NCBI GenBank assembly: GCA_023205875.1
Contig: CP060754.1
Coordinates: 1-64,000, forward strand
Direction of reading: 5' to 3'
DNA: 64,000 nt
From: Chloropicon primus
Taxonomy: Eukaryota
Shown one piece after another: positions 1-11,135 of the stretch (the stretch's first letter is position 1; each line of letters opens with the position of its first letter). The notes under the pieces are model-generated. The model did no database searches and had not been told where the DNA came from. It was given only the letters and a program-made list of their open reading frames with translations. Position numbers and translations under genes: made by a program.

Positions 1-1
1 C

Positions 2-148
2 AAAGCTGAGACGAGGGAGCCGTACGGGGGCCCCATGAACTTCAAGCTCAAGTCCAATTACGTTCAAGACTGGCTTTCCACGAGCGATCACAACCTGGAA
101 GACCTCCTGGAGAGGCGCAGCTCGGGGGTCAGTGTCAGCTCTCATTGA
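2..148 (+). CDS. 3' end of a gene running in from the left edge (product unknown)
   Basis: Frame open from nt 2 (KAETREPYGGPMNFKLK...SSH) to TGA at 146-148, with coding-like codon usage followed by an AT-rich 3' UTR-like tract. Confidence 0.4.
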   Translation, partial: KAETREPYGGPMNFKLKSNYVQDWLSTSDHNLEDLLERRSSGVSVSSH

Positions 149-238
149 GATTGCTTGGCTCTTTGAATATACAACACTTTTTTCTACTCTACTACTACTA
201 CTGTTTCTGATAATATACTTTCCTCTTTTCTATCTAAA

Positions 239-3043
239 CTATTCGAAGACAATCGGATTGTTCCTCTTTTTGAGTTGCTCAACAATCACTTTCTTCAGGT
301 TGTCCATCTTGCAGGGCTTGGTGAGAACCGCATCCATTCCAGCTTCCAAGTACTTCTGCTTGTCCGACTCCATCGCATTTGCCGTAAGTGCAATGACAGC
401 TTGATCCCAACCTTGGTCTCTCAATCTCTTTACCGCCTCATCGCCCGACATGACTGGCATGGTGATATCCATCAGTACGACATCGTACTTGGACTCAGCG
501 CATTTGTCAAGGGCCTCTTTTCCGTTGCCCGCAGCGGAGACTACGCAGCCTTGCTCAATCAGCAGCTTGCACCACAAGCGCCTCAGTGTTGCTGAATCTT
601 CTACGATCAGAAGATTGATGCCTCGTGGGAAATCTGAACCGTCCTCCTTCTTCTTACTTTCTTCAACGTCCTTGCGCATGTGCTCCTCCTTCACAATTTG
701 CACCTTGACAGAGAAGGTGAAAGAAGTTCCTTTACCCTTTTCACTCTCCACATTGATTGTGCCTCCGAGGCGTTCGACAAGGGACTTTGAGATACTAAGG
801 CCGAGGCCTGTTCCGCCGAATTCCCTTGTGATAGAGGGCTTCGCCTGCGAAAACGCAGCGAAGATGTCCTCCAAGTTCTCCTTGTCAATTCCGACGCCAG
901 TGTCCTTGACGCAGAATTCCAGGAGCATCGTGTCCGGTCCCGCAGCTCTGCCCGCCGTGAGCAGCACCCTTATACTTCCCTGGTACGTGAATTTCACGGC
1001 ATTTGACACCAAATTCAAAAGGACTTGCCTGATTCTCACTGGATCTGTGTTCACCATTGCAGGGACGTCTTCTCCAATATCGAAACTAAGCTCGATGTTT
1101 GGCCTCGTCTTCTTCGCGCTCAACCTTTGCTCTCTTATGAGGTCGTGAACCATGCCGTGAACATTGAAATTGACTGGATCAAGCACAAGCATTCTTGCTT
1201 CGATCTTTGCGAAATCCAAGACATCATTCACAATTGCGCACATCAGCTCTGACTCCTCTTTCACACTTTGGATGTGCTCCTGGGTGTCCGTATCCATTTC
1301 CATTTGGCTGTTGCTGAGCATCATGTCCACAACCGCTACGATAGCTGAAAGGGGGTTTCGAAGCTCGTGACAGACAAAGGAAAGGAACTCACTCTTGGCA
1401 TGACTCGCCACTTGGCTCTTGTGCAAGGACTTCTCATGCAACTGAGACTCCAGCTCAATCGCTTTTTCCAAACTCTGCAATTCCCTTGAATGAGCGTTTT
1501 GGATATCCATTTTCTCTCCAGCATGCTGTTTCAGGAGATCCATCACTTCGGTCTCGTTCTGCTTCCTGATGATGGATCTCTTCGTCTCAAAATCCTCATT
1601 CATTTTGGTGAGCTCCCTCCCGTGGCCGTCGGCTAAGGCTTTCGAAACCTCAGCGTTCTTGCCCTCGATATCACTCAGCCTAGCCTCTGCTTGGACCAAA
1701 GCAAGTCTGGCCGCCTCTCTCATTCCTTCAACCCTCTTTTGAAACTCTCTCTCATCATCTTCCAAGAGCTTCTTCTCGGCGTCACTGCTCTGGTGCGTGC
1801 CCGAACCAGAACCGTCTGTACCTGCGGATGCCCCCGACTGCTGCCCTTCCGACACCTCCGACTTCCCTGTGGATGACGCTGAGCTCTTGTTCCCCGCACT
1901 CGATGTTGCTCCAGACCGAGTGCCGTACGAGCTCATGTCCGCGTCATCACCCCTATCCATTTGCTCCTTCATCTCTGATTCTATCATAGCAATTTCCTGC
2001 TCGAAACTCTGTTCCATTCTCGCGCTCTCGCGCTGTTGCAATTCTTTCAATTCTTTCGCTCGGTTCTCCTCAATGGCTTTCAGTTGCTTTGCTTTCAACG
2101 CGTTGAGCTCCAAGTTGTTCGCAACCTTAGCTTGCTCCCTCAGCCTTAGAATGACCTTCTTCGCGTTTCTTCTCTCCTTTTTGAGCTCCAGGCTCTTGTT
2201 GTTGGAAGCAAAGAGCTGCTCAGCCTTCTTCATCTCGTATGCTGCCACGAACTCGAGCTCGTTGTCAAACTCAGTGAGCTTGAACTTGGCTTTCATGTGC
2301 TGCACCTCTCGCAATTGCTCGGCTTCTTTCCTTTGAATTTCCCGGAGCTGCTGCGCCATGAGCCTGTTCACCCGGAGCAGGCCCTCCTTCTTCTCCTGAG
2401 CGATGTGCCTCATGTTGAGCTCCTGCCACACCAGGAGGTTCTTGGAAGTCCGCTGATGAGACTCGTAGAGCTCGTCCCTCTCGTCCCTCTCACGCTCTTC
2501 GAGCTCCCTCGCAGCAGACTGAAAAGATTCACGCTTCACCAAGATAATCTTCCTGACGTTGTTTCTCTTGTTGCGGCTCTCCAGGAGGTGGCCGCACTCC
2601 GTTGTCTTGAGCTTCAACTCCTCGAAAAGTTCGAGGATGGAACGCTTAAACCCTTTCCTCTTCTTCTTGTCCGCGTCTTCACTATCCTGGAGGGCGAGGA
2701 GCTTCTTTCTCTGCACATGAAGCCTTTCGTCCAAGTGCTTTGCCTCCATCCCCTCCGAGAGCTTGTTCTGCAGCTGGCTGCGTTGGAACCTGACTCTCTT
2801 TTGTGCGATGAGAACGTTTTCCTCGATACAAAGACTCTCTCTTTGGAGCTCCCTTAGAGTTTTTCCTTGCATCGACTTCATGATTTCGAGCTGCTCCTGG
2901 CCCTCCTCCATGATCTCGTCCTGTGCGCCCGCGGAGTCGCTGTTTGTCTCCTCTCCCTTCTTGCCCAGGAGGCCGGAAGAACCCTCAGAGAGGGCATCCG
3001 ACCCGGGATGTTGGTCTCCTCCTGTTCGTGGTGACGACGACAT
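239..3043 (-). CDS. Hybrid histidine kinase (long coiled coil + HisKA + HATPase_c + receiver)
   Basis: H-box FVCHELRNPL, N-box QVLLNLVSNAVKFT, G1 DTGVGI, G2 GGTGLGLSI; C-terminal REC LIVEDS...LMDITMPVMSG...ALTANA...KP. Confidence 0.93.
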   Translation of the reverse strand: MSSSPRTGGDQHPGSDALSEGSSGLLGKKGEETNSDSAGAQDEIMEEGQEQLEIMKSMQGKTLRELQRESLCIEENVLIAQKRVRFQRSQLQNKLSEGMEAKHLDERLHVQRKKLLALQDSEDADKKKRKGFKRSILELFEELKLKTTECGHLLESRNKRNNVRKIILVKRESFQSAARELEERERDERDELYESHQRTSKNLLVWQELNMRHIAQEKKEGLLRVNRLMAQQLREIQRKEAEQLREVQHMKAKFKLTEFDNELEFVAAYEMKKAEQLFASNNKSLELKKERRNAKKVILRLREQAKVANNLELNALKAKQLKAIEENRAKELKELQQRESARMEQSFEQEIAMIESEMKEQMDRGDDADMSSYGTRSGATSSAGNKSSASSTGKSEVSEGQQSGASAGTDGSGSGTHQSSDAEKKLLEDDEREFQKRVEGMREAARLALVQAEARLSDIEGKNAEVSKALADGHGRELTKMNEDFETKRSIIRKQNETEVMDLLKQHAGEKMDIQNAHSRELQSLEKAIELESQLHEKSLHKSQVASHAKSEFLSFVCHELRNPLSAIVAVVDMMLSNSQMEMDTDTQEHIQSVKEESELMCAIVNDVLDFAKIEARMLVLDPVNFNVHGMVHDLIREQRLSAKKTRPNIELSFDIGEDVPAMVNTDPVRIRQVLLNLVSNAVKFTYQGSIRVLLTAGRAAGPDTMLLEFCVKDTGVGIDKENLEDIFAAFSQAKPSITREFGGTGLGLSISKSLVERLGGTINVESEKGKGTSFTFSVKVQIVKEEHMRKDVEESKKKEDGSDFPRGINLLIVEDSATLRRLWCKLLIEQGCVVSAAGNGKEALDKCAESKYDVVLMDITMPVMSGDEAVKRLRDQGWDQAVIALTANAMESDKQKYLEAGMDAVLTKPCKMDNLKKVIVEQLKKRNNPIVFE

Positions 3044-3822
3044 ATCGCCCAGTGTCCAGTGTCTTCCTTTCCTTCACCCCGTGTTTTCGTGGTGCCCGAA
3101 CGCAAGTCTTGGTCCTTGGTTGGTGTTGCCGCAAGCGCCTTGGAGCGCTTGACTCCCGTGTCCCTTGTGTTTCTACCAAGGTCGTCAGGTCTTGGGTTCT
3201 CTTCTTCTTCTCCCACCCGGGATGATGATGATGATGACAAGAGGAGGGACGAGAGGAGTGGAGAGGACCCCAAATATCGGTCTTATTTTAGGTTTTTTGG
3301 CTTGAGACCACTCCCTTCTTTCTTTTTCTTTTTCTTTTCTTTTTCTTGGAGGGAATCCCTGGAGGCATTTTGGACTGAAGAGGGGAGGCGTTTTCGCGGG
3401 AAGGGAAGGAAGGGGAGGGGATCCTCCACACAACCCATAACACACAACACACAACACACAACACTCTCCTTCTTTCTTCTTCTTTTCTTCTTCTTTCTTC
3501 TTTCTTCTTTCTTTCTATTCTTCTTCTTCTTTCTTGTGGTTTCTATAGGAATTCAAGAGTAGAGGAAGAAGAGAGAGGGGGGGTTGGTTTGAAGAGGAAT
3601 CCATCCTCCCCGGGCTCTTCTTCTCCAAAGCGCTCCGAACGCAAAAAACGGGGGGAAGAGAACGAAACCAACCAGACGAACCACAACAACAACAACAACA
3701 ACAAGCACGAAACACAGAACACAGAACACACACACGAACATGTAGCAGGGGGCTTCGTGCACAACACACAAGGCACACTGTTCGGAAGGAGCAACGATAA
3801 CACGTACCTGAAAGCAAGAACG

Positions 3823-6800
3823 ATGGGAACAACAACACAGCCTCTTCTTGGAGGCCTCGTGCTGCTGCTGCTGCTGACCTTGGCCACCACAGCGTCCAGC
3901 GCCGCTCCCTCGAGCCACAACCAGGTAAATTTGGACGTGTACGACGGCGTGGAGGGGGGATTGGTGGCCACACTCTCCCAACCCGCCTCGCCCCTCAGCA
4001 CAAGCAACGTTTCGGTCGACGTCTACGTCTACAACGCCCTGGACAACATATCGAGAACTTGCGTGACGGAAGACGAGGAGGTGGAAGTCACGGTATCCCA
4101 CATGTAAGTACGCCACTCGAGCCTTTGACCTCTGACCTGCACTTACTGACGGACCACCGCCAAACTACTGCACAACTGCTCTCTCATTCTTTCTCGTTCG
4201 TTCCGCTCCCAGCGAGCAAAGCCAGCACCTTTCGTGCCTCTACCTCCCCAGCGACCTGGTGTCTGAGATCTGGACGGCGACGGAGGAGCTCGCAGTCGCA
4301 GAGGTTGCATACCTGGAATCGAACAGGCTTGCGCAGAGCAAGTTTCGAAAAGACGGGCAAAGTTCGGGTGTCCTCTTTGACAGAAGCCAAGCGCTCCTGC
4401 AGGAGAGGGAGGTGAAGAAACAGCAGAGACAGCTGGCTCTCTCGAAGCTGGTGTCCGAGGCCCTGCACTCCCAGACGCTCCTGGCGACATCGAGCGAGAG
4501 CGCTCCTTCTGGCGAGGATCGCCCAGTGCAGAAACACCAGACACGCGCTACTTGCAGGGTTCCGTTGAACTTGTCCAAGCGCTTTGCGTTGGCGACGCTT
4601 TCCAGCAACACCAAGTTAAAGGATGGCGAAGCCTACTGGAAAGTGCTCGTGGAGGGGGCACACTCGGCGCCCTTTCGACTTCATCTCGCGCTCCCGTCCC
4701 CGGAGCAAATGATCGACAAGATGAGCGTGAAGGGGATTCTCCCCAGAGCAGTCGACAAGAAGGAGGGGGGTGAGGTGCTGGTTTGGGGGCAAGGGTTCCA
4801 GGAGGGTCTTCGGTGCTCAGTTGGAGGGGGTGCCGCGGGGGAGAGTTACGCGCAGGTTTTGAACGAGTCTTGCGCTCTTTGCAGCATTCCAAGGGGCGTC
4901 GAGGAAGACGGGTCTCCTGACCAGTACACCTCGATAGACCTGTACTACAACCCCTTGTGCCGCAACAAGATTGAAGTGTATCGCTACGACAGGCCCAAGG
5001 TTCTGAGTGCGGAGACGCTGGGGGCGTCAAGGTACAGCGAGATCGTGGTTCTGCTCGAGCTTGAGAGGGCAGAAGTGGACAGACTCGTGCGCATGCCAGA
5101 GCTGACTCCTTCGTGCCGGCTGAGGAGCACCAGGGCTGGGGACTTGTTCGAGATGGCCGCGGAAATCGTTCAAGCAAACTCCACCGTGCGCTGCTCGGTG
5201 GGTGACGACAGAATTGTTGAAGGGTCCTACGAGCTCAGCTTCTCTGTGAACGACGTGCAGTACGGTTTCTTTGGCCACACCGTGCGTGTGAGGTCGGCAG
5301 AAATGTGGATCGAGAGCGTCCACTTTGATGGCGCCTCCGATGATGTTGTCGCGAAGGTTCGGATAGAAGGGAGCTTCAGCAGCGAAGAAGTTTTTGCTCA
5401 GATGCAGCTCACCTTGACCACACTCGCCACGGGGCGAGAGCAAAAAGTTCTGTACCCCCTGTCCTGGGATGGACAAGGAAGGGAAAAGGTTGTTCGGATC
5501 AAGCTGCCGGAGTCCATGAGACCAACGCTGTTCAGCACCCTGGACCTTTCCATCTCTCGTTCCGAAGGCGTGAGCATCAGAGTCGAAGGCCCAAAGGTCT
5601 TGTGGAACCCAGCGACCATCATCGAGGGGTTCGCTCTGGAGAGCCAGTGCATCTTAAACTCCCGTGAACAAGAGAGCGCAAGCGTGAAGGTAATGGCGCC
5701 TGGACACGCCCAATTTGAAGCCGCTGGACTTGTCTTGAAGACGAGTGGTGGTAGCGCGATTCCCGCGTATCACTACCGGGTTTCCCAAGTCACGCAGACC
5801 CTTGTGAAGGGAAACGACTCTTGCGTTGCGGGTGATTCTGGGTTGGGGTTGGTCGAACAGGCCTGCGGGGTCGAGCTCGACGTCGAGGTGTTCTGGCACA
5901 ATATCAAGCCAGCTGACTTCCTTACGATCGGCGTGGAACTGAGTTACCAGCAAAACCACGAGGTCTTGAGAGTAGCATTTCCCAACGCGATCCAGTTGTG
6001 GGGGCTGAGCGAGGATTCGGGTTCGTGCCCAAGCGGTTTCAGTGAAGAGGGTCTGGTCGGGCCAGAGGAAGCTTTGGACTACACCGCGTTTGGGTTCGGA
6101 CTCGCCAGAAAGGAGCTGGAGGCGTTAAGCATGTACCCTCCGTACAACCCCACGGTCAGAAAGTACTCGGCTTTGACCTTTGAGGACAAGGTGTGGATTC
6201 ACTCTCCACTCAACTGGAAGAACAGCGGCGGAATGGACCTGAGGCTGACCTTCCAGGCTTACGAGAACGCTGTCACAGTGGACTTCCCGAGACCAAACTG
6301 GTTTATGATACCCCTGAACCTCAAGGAGGGCGAGAACAAAGCTACGCTCTCCATCACATCACCGACAAACCAAGCTGCAACGTTTGACTTGGATGTGTAC
6401 AGATCCGATCCTTCGAACTACATCAAGTCCATGACACTGCAGACGAGACACGAGAACAAGACTTTGTGCGCCCACAACAGCACGAGAGACTACCCGCTCT
6501 GCATCCCGGGCTCGCACCTGTTTCAGCAAGTCACGATGTCCGAGGCCATATACTTGGAAGTGGAATCCAACGCAACGCTGACGTCGCCCTTCATTGTGGG
6601 CCACAATGCCACGGAGAACGGGTTGACGAGGTACGCGCTCTCGCACAAGCTGCTTGAGGAGCACACGTTTTCGATCGGGCACGACATGGTTCTCAACAGC
6701 AAGCAAAGAATATCGATAACGATTGACTGGAAAGCCGAAGGCGGCCACAACTTTTTGGTGAACAAGGTATACGACAGGCCCGAACCGGTGGATCCCAACG

Positions 6801-7741
6801 ACAACGGCTTCCAGCTCCAAGCGGCATTCCCTGCCTGCGAAGTTTGCCCTTCAGGGTATTTTTCGGGGAAAATCAACAGCACGTTCTGCGAGCCTTGCAG
6901 GGCTGGATATTTCTCGGGCAGTCCGGGGAGGGGCATATGCGAGTCTTGCAAGCCGGGTTACTATTCGATGGACTACGCGAACGAAAAGTGTGACCCTTGT
7001 CTGAGGGGTCTTTACATGCCCAAACCTGGGGGGAAGGAGTGCTTTGAATGCCCCAAGAATGCGACTACCAGCGCGAGGGGCTCGATGTCCTGCACCCTCA
7101 TCGAGGAGAAGGAGAAATGGCTGCCCACAATTGTCGTGGAATTCTCTGTGACTGTGAATGCAACGAACTTGTCCGACGTGGGCAAAAAGTTTGGCGTGCA
7201 GGACATAAGCGACGAGCGCGCGATAGAGGTCCTGATGAAGGACGACACTGCTACAGCGTTTTCCTCGACCGCCCACAACGTCAGCGTGTCCGACGTTAAC
7301 GTCTGGGTAACGGAGCTCGAGCATGGTCTGATACAGGCCAAGATCAACGTGACTTTGGTTCCCAACATCACCCTGAAGTCCTCTGAGAAAGAGAGGGCGG
7401 AGGCGATGAAGCAGCTCAGTGACATCTCGGCGGACAAGGGAATAAACTTGCTCGCTGACAACCCTGATCAATTCTTTGGCAGAACTCTGGAAGCCATCAA
7501 CGGGACGTCAACTGTCGAGAACATCTTGCAGCGGCAAACGCCGTATTCGAGAAGGGGGAAGAAAGACCTCCTGGCGGTCCATTGGATCATCTCGGTGTCG
7601 ATCTTCACCGGGTTTAGCTGCGTGCTCTTCACAAAAAGGGTTCGTAAGAGGTGCTACAAGAGGGCATCGAAAGGGAAGGTGGAGAGGGAGCGGCGACACC
7701 GGAAGACGAAATCGATGGGCGCTCTCCGAATGGTAATATAA
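3823..7741 (+). CDS. Type I membrane protein with Ig-like (IPT/TIG, cadherin-like) domains and Cys-rich GCC2/GCC3 (ephrin-receptor-like) repeats; intron 4104-4212
   Basis: Signal peptide MGTTTQPLLGGLVLLLLLTLA. A GTAAGT...CTGAC...CAG intron joins the 3589 and 4259 ORFs in frame. CxxCxxGYFS repeats; TM segment HWIISVSIFTGFSCVLF followed by a basic tail. Confidence 0.75.
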
Positions 7742-7813
7742 TGATTTGTAAAGGGTACATCATCTTGTAACAACAATAAAATAGTTTGGGATATGTTTGG
7801 AAAGTACTTTCTC

Positions 7814-10800
7814 TCAAGGCCCACTGAAGAAGCTTGGCCAAATGTCGTTGCTACCTACGATAGACTTACACGTCGCAACTTTTTGGTCGCTGGGGTGGTC
7901 TTCTAAGCTTGGAACACCGTCACGAACAGAGTATCGGAATAGCATCCGCAGCATGTCATCGTCAAGGAACGCCAGGGCCCTGTGAATGATGCCTGCCCTC
8001 TTCGACTCTGCCCGCGGAGACTTTGACGGGCCGAAGCAAAATTCGGACACGCAGTGGAGCGCAAAGTATCCTGTGATGCAACCGTCCCTGACCGCAGACT
8101 TCATGGACTCGCTGGTCAGCATAGACTCAAAACACGCATCGACCATTTCTGCTCTGTAAGGCAAAGTAAAGAAGAGCAACCTGGCATCCTTGTCATAACA
8201 TGATACGCAGGGAAACAGATGAAAGCATCCGGCTGAACATATGGCTTTCCATGCTTGCACCTGGTCTTTTACGGGCTGAGCGTTGCAGAGCGCAAGGGAA
8301 GCGCACAGCCCAAAGAACTGTTCTCCAAGGGACACTGACAAGAATTGATCCACAATGGCCGGAGAGATTTGCAAGGCAATGGCAGAGCCCCCGCCCCCGC
8401 GACAATGGTCTCCCACTTGACAGAGGTGTGCTTTCAGTATTAGCGGCATTCCTGCCACGAATGCGTCCTCCTTAAACAGTGCATCGCTCTTGCAGTATGC
8501 GTCGTGCAGAATTTTGCTCAATTTCATACTCTGCGTGGAAAGGTCGAGAAGAAAGATTGTGGAGTCAGGGTGGAATGAAACCAGATTCAGAATTTTTTGT
8601 CAGCGACAACTTACCACTGGCAGCCCCAGCAAATACTTTGAGCCGCTGACCTCGATGCAAAGCAGGTAAAGGAGAATCAAAGGGTACAAGTCCATTCTGC
8701 CCTCGCATACAGAAATGTCATACATCCAGTCCGGAATCGGCTGCGACGACCCTGAATCACCTTTTCGCAGGCCATTAACAATGTGTTGCGCGACTTCAGC
8801 TTCATTCGCGACACCGCAACTCGTGAGGTCTGCTTCGAAAGGACCGAGGGCAAGCCATTTCTTTGCCAAGATTTCCTCCCTCTTCTGCAAAACAGCAGAA
8901 AATAATTTTGCGCTGAAGAGGACGTCAGGACAAATCGGTACCTCTGTTCTTTGAGATCTGAAAATGGCTTCTGCTGCGCAATCCCAGAGAAGAACGATGT
9001 CCATCACAGATTGATCGACTCTGTCGGATTCCAGGAACGTGTCGATCGCAAGTCGAAGGAGCGAGTAGTGAGCTGCATCCATGTCCCACAACAAGAGTGA
9101 ATTGCTATCGTCCTCGAGATATTCTTCTTCGTCAACAACGTATGTTTTTTCCCTGTGAATAGAGAGAATCTCGTAGGCCAAATCAGTTGCAGCGGCCTCC
9201 TGCTCCTTGCAGACGGAACTTATGAACTGCAGGAAGAGGAAGAGGAAGAGCGATATCACGTGGTGCCACGAACCATGCAGAAACCTTGTTCCAGCGCCTC
9301 CTACATCCGTGCCTACAACAAGCATCCCGTGGCGAAGGTGTTGGTGCAGGAGACTCTTGTAGATGCTACAGGTGCTGACGGTAATCTCTCCTAGCTTTGA
9401 TACCACCAAACTCTCGAGACTCTTGTAAGGCTCCACGAGAATCCCTTGAGACTTGACGGCCGACGCAGCCAAGTGCCCGAAAAAACTTAGCCCGGACGCA
9501 AGAGCGGGCACATAGTAGAGTGTCTTGTCGTTTGTTTTGTCCAGTCCCTCCGCTGAATGCAGAAGCAGGGACTTTAGGCAATTGATTCCGACGTCGACGT
9601 GATCCAGCCATATTCCGTCTTTCGACCAGCCCGCCGCATTCTCTGACAGCATGCAAAAGAGGTTGTCGATCGCAATCAGATCTCCCGTTGGGACCTCCCC
9701 TGCCAGTCTAGTGCCGCCTTCGAGAAAGAGGGTCGTCGTTTGCGCGAACCAGCCTCTGGAATCGGCGTGGGTATGATCTCTGTAGTAACCTCGGAACAGC
9801 TTCAGCAGGTACGATTTCAAGGCGTTCTCCAGGTGGCCGTCCAACAGCTTGATCTCCTCATAAAGCTCCCCAAGAAGTTTCACAAAAGCCTCGCTGGCCT
9901 CTTTCGATACAAAGGCTGGGTCGCGCTCCGTGGCCAGCAGCAGGAACCACACCAGGTGCACCTTGAGGCTCATGTTCTTGGCCTCCCGCAGCTTTGACAG
10001 CAGGAACGACACCACTTCCGCAGCGCTGTCGGGTCCACGATACGAGGGGATCCCCTGAGTCTCTAAAGCGATCATGACCTTCAAAATGGAGAGGGAGAAC
10101 GACTCTGACAGTGACCTGCTTCGTATGATGGAGTCGAGGTCGCACTCTTCGCTCAATCTGGTGGCCAGTTTGTTGCGGAAGTGCTTCGACGGCAGAGGTC
10201 CGCCTGAACCTTCGGCGCCCCTCGCCGCATCCCCAAACCCCTTCTTCTGAGCAAAGTAATTTGCAAGCAGAGAGGGGAGCAAGATATCACTCAGCAAAGA
10301 CAGGGAGTATTGGCTCCCTCTGTTGCTGCTGCTGCTCGCGTCCCGCAACAAGGCATCGAAGAGCTTGGCGCGCTCCACAAGATACCGGAAGCAGTTGCTG
10401 TAGACGGAGCCGTGGCGCGAGTGAACAGAGTACTCCAGAATAGCCCTGATCATGTCATACGCGAAGCACCGCTGGTTCAAAACCTGTGATCTGACCAGCA
10501 GGGCAATGTCGTGCAAGGTGAAGTTCCTGCAGCTCCTCCAGTCCTCCGAGGTCAGCATATCCCTGCAGAAAATCGTGCTGGAGCTCGCGGAGGAAGAGAG
10601 GATCTCCGGCGACGCGGGAGCATCGGCGCCCACGAGAATCCTTCCCCTCTCGTCGAACCAGACGCCCCTGCTCCACGACGAGGCCTCGTCCTCCTCGCGC
10701 TCCCTCGGATCCACGGCGCCGCCGCCCGCCTGCGACGTTGCGCTTCCACCTCCCCGTCCCCCGTTCGAGTCGGGCTTCTCCCCTTCCTCGGCACCTTCCC

Positions 10801-11050
10801 GAGCCCTCAGCCTGGCTGTGCCGTCCGTCAAGCTCTTGATCCGCCTGGCGAGCTCCGCCCTGTTCCACTTGGGGCGGTTCCCCTCTCCCTCGTCGCTGGG
10901 TCCCTCCGCGGTTTGCGTCTTCTTCCTTCCTAGTTTCAGGGCACTCGGGACGTCCCCGGGTTTCGGGATGGGTTTGGGGGGTTCGAAGGTGACCGCGATT
11001 TGCTTCCCCCGCCCCCTCCCCCCCTTGCGTTCCTTCACCTCGCCGATCAT
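7814..11050 (-). CDS. RPAP1: RNA polymerase II-associated protein 1 (RPAP1/MINIYO-like); intron 8531-8614
   Basis: N-terminal MIGEVKER and the FTLHDIALLVRSQVLNQR motif of the RPAP1 domain, followed by a helical-repeat region. A GTAAGT..CAG intron joins the two ORFs in frame. Confidence 0.65.
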
Positions 11051-11135
11051 GAAAAAACGATTTGCCTCCCCTGCCTGGCCCCCTCCTCGGGTTTCCTTTG
11101 GTTCCCCTCGGGAAATCCTAAAAATTTTAGAAAAT

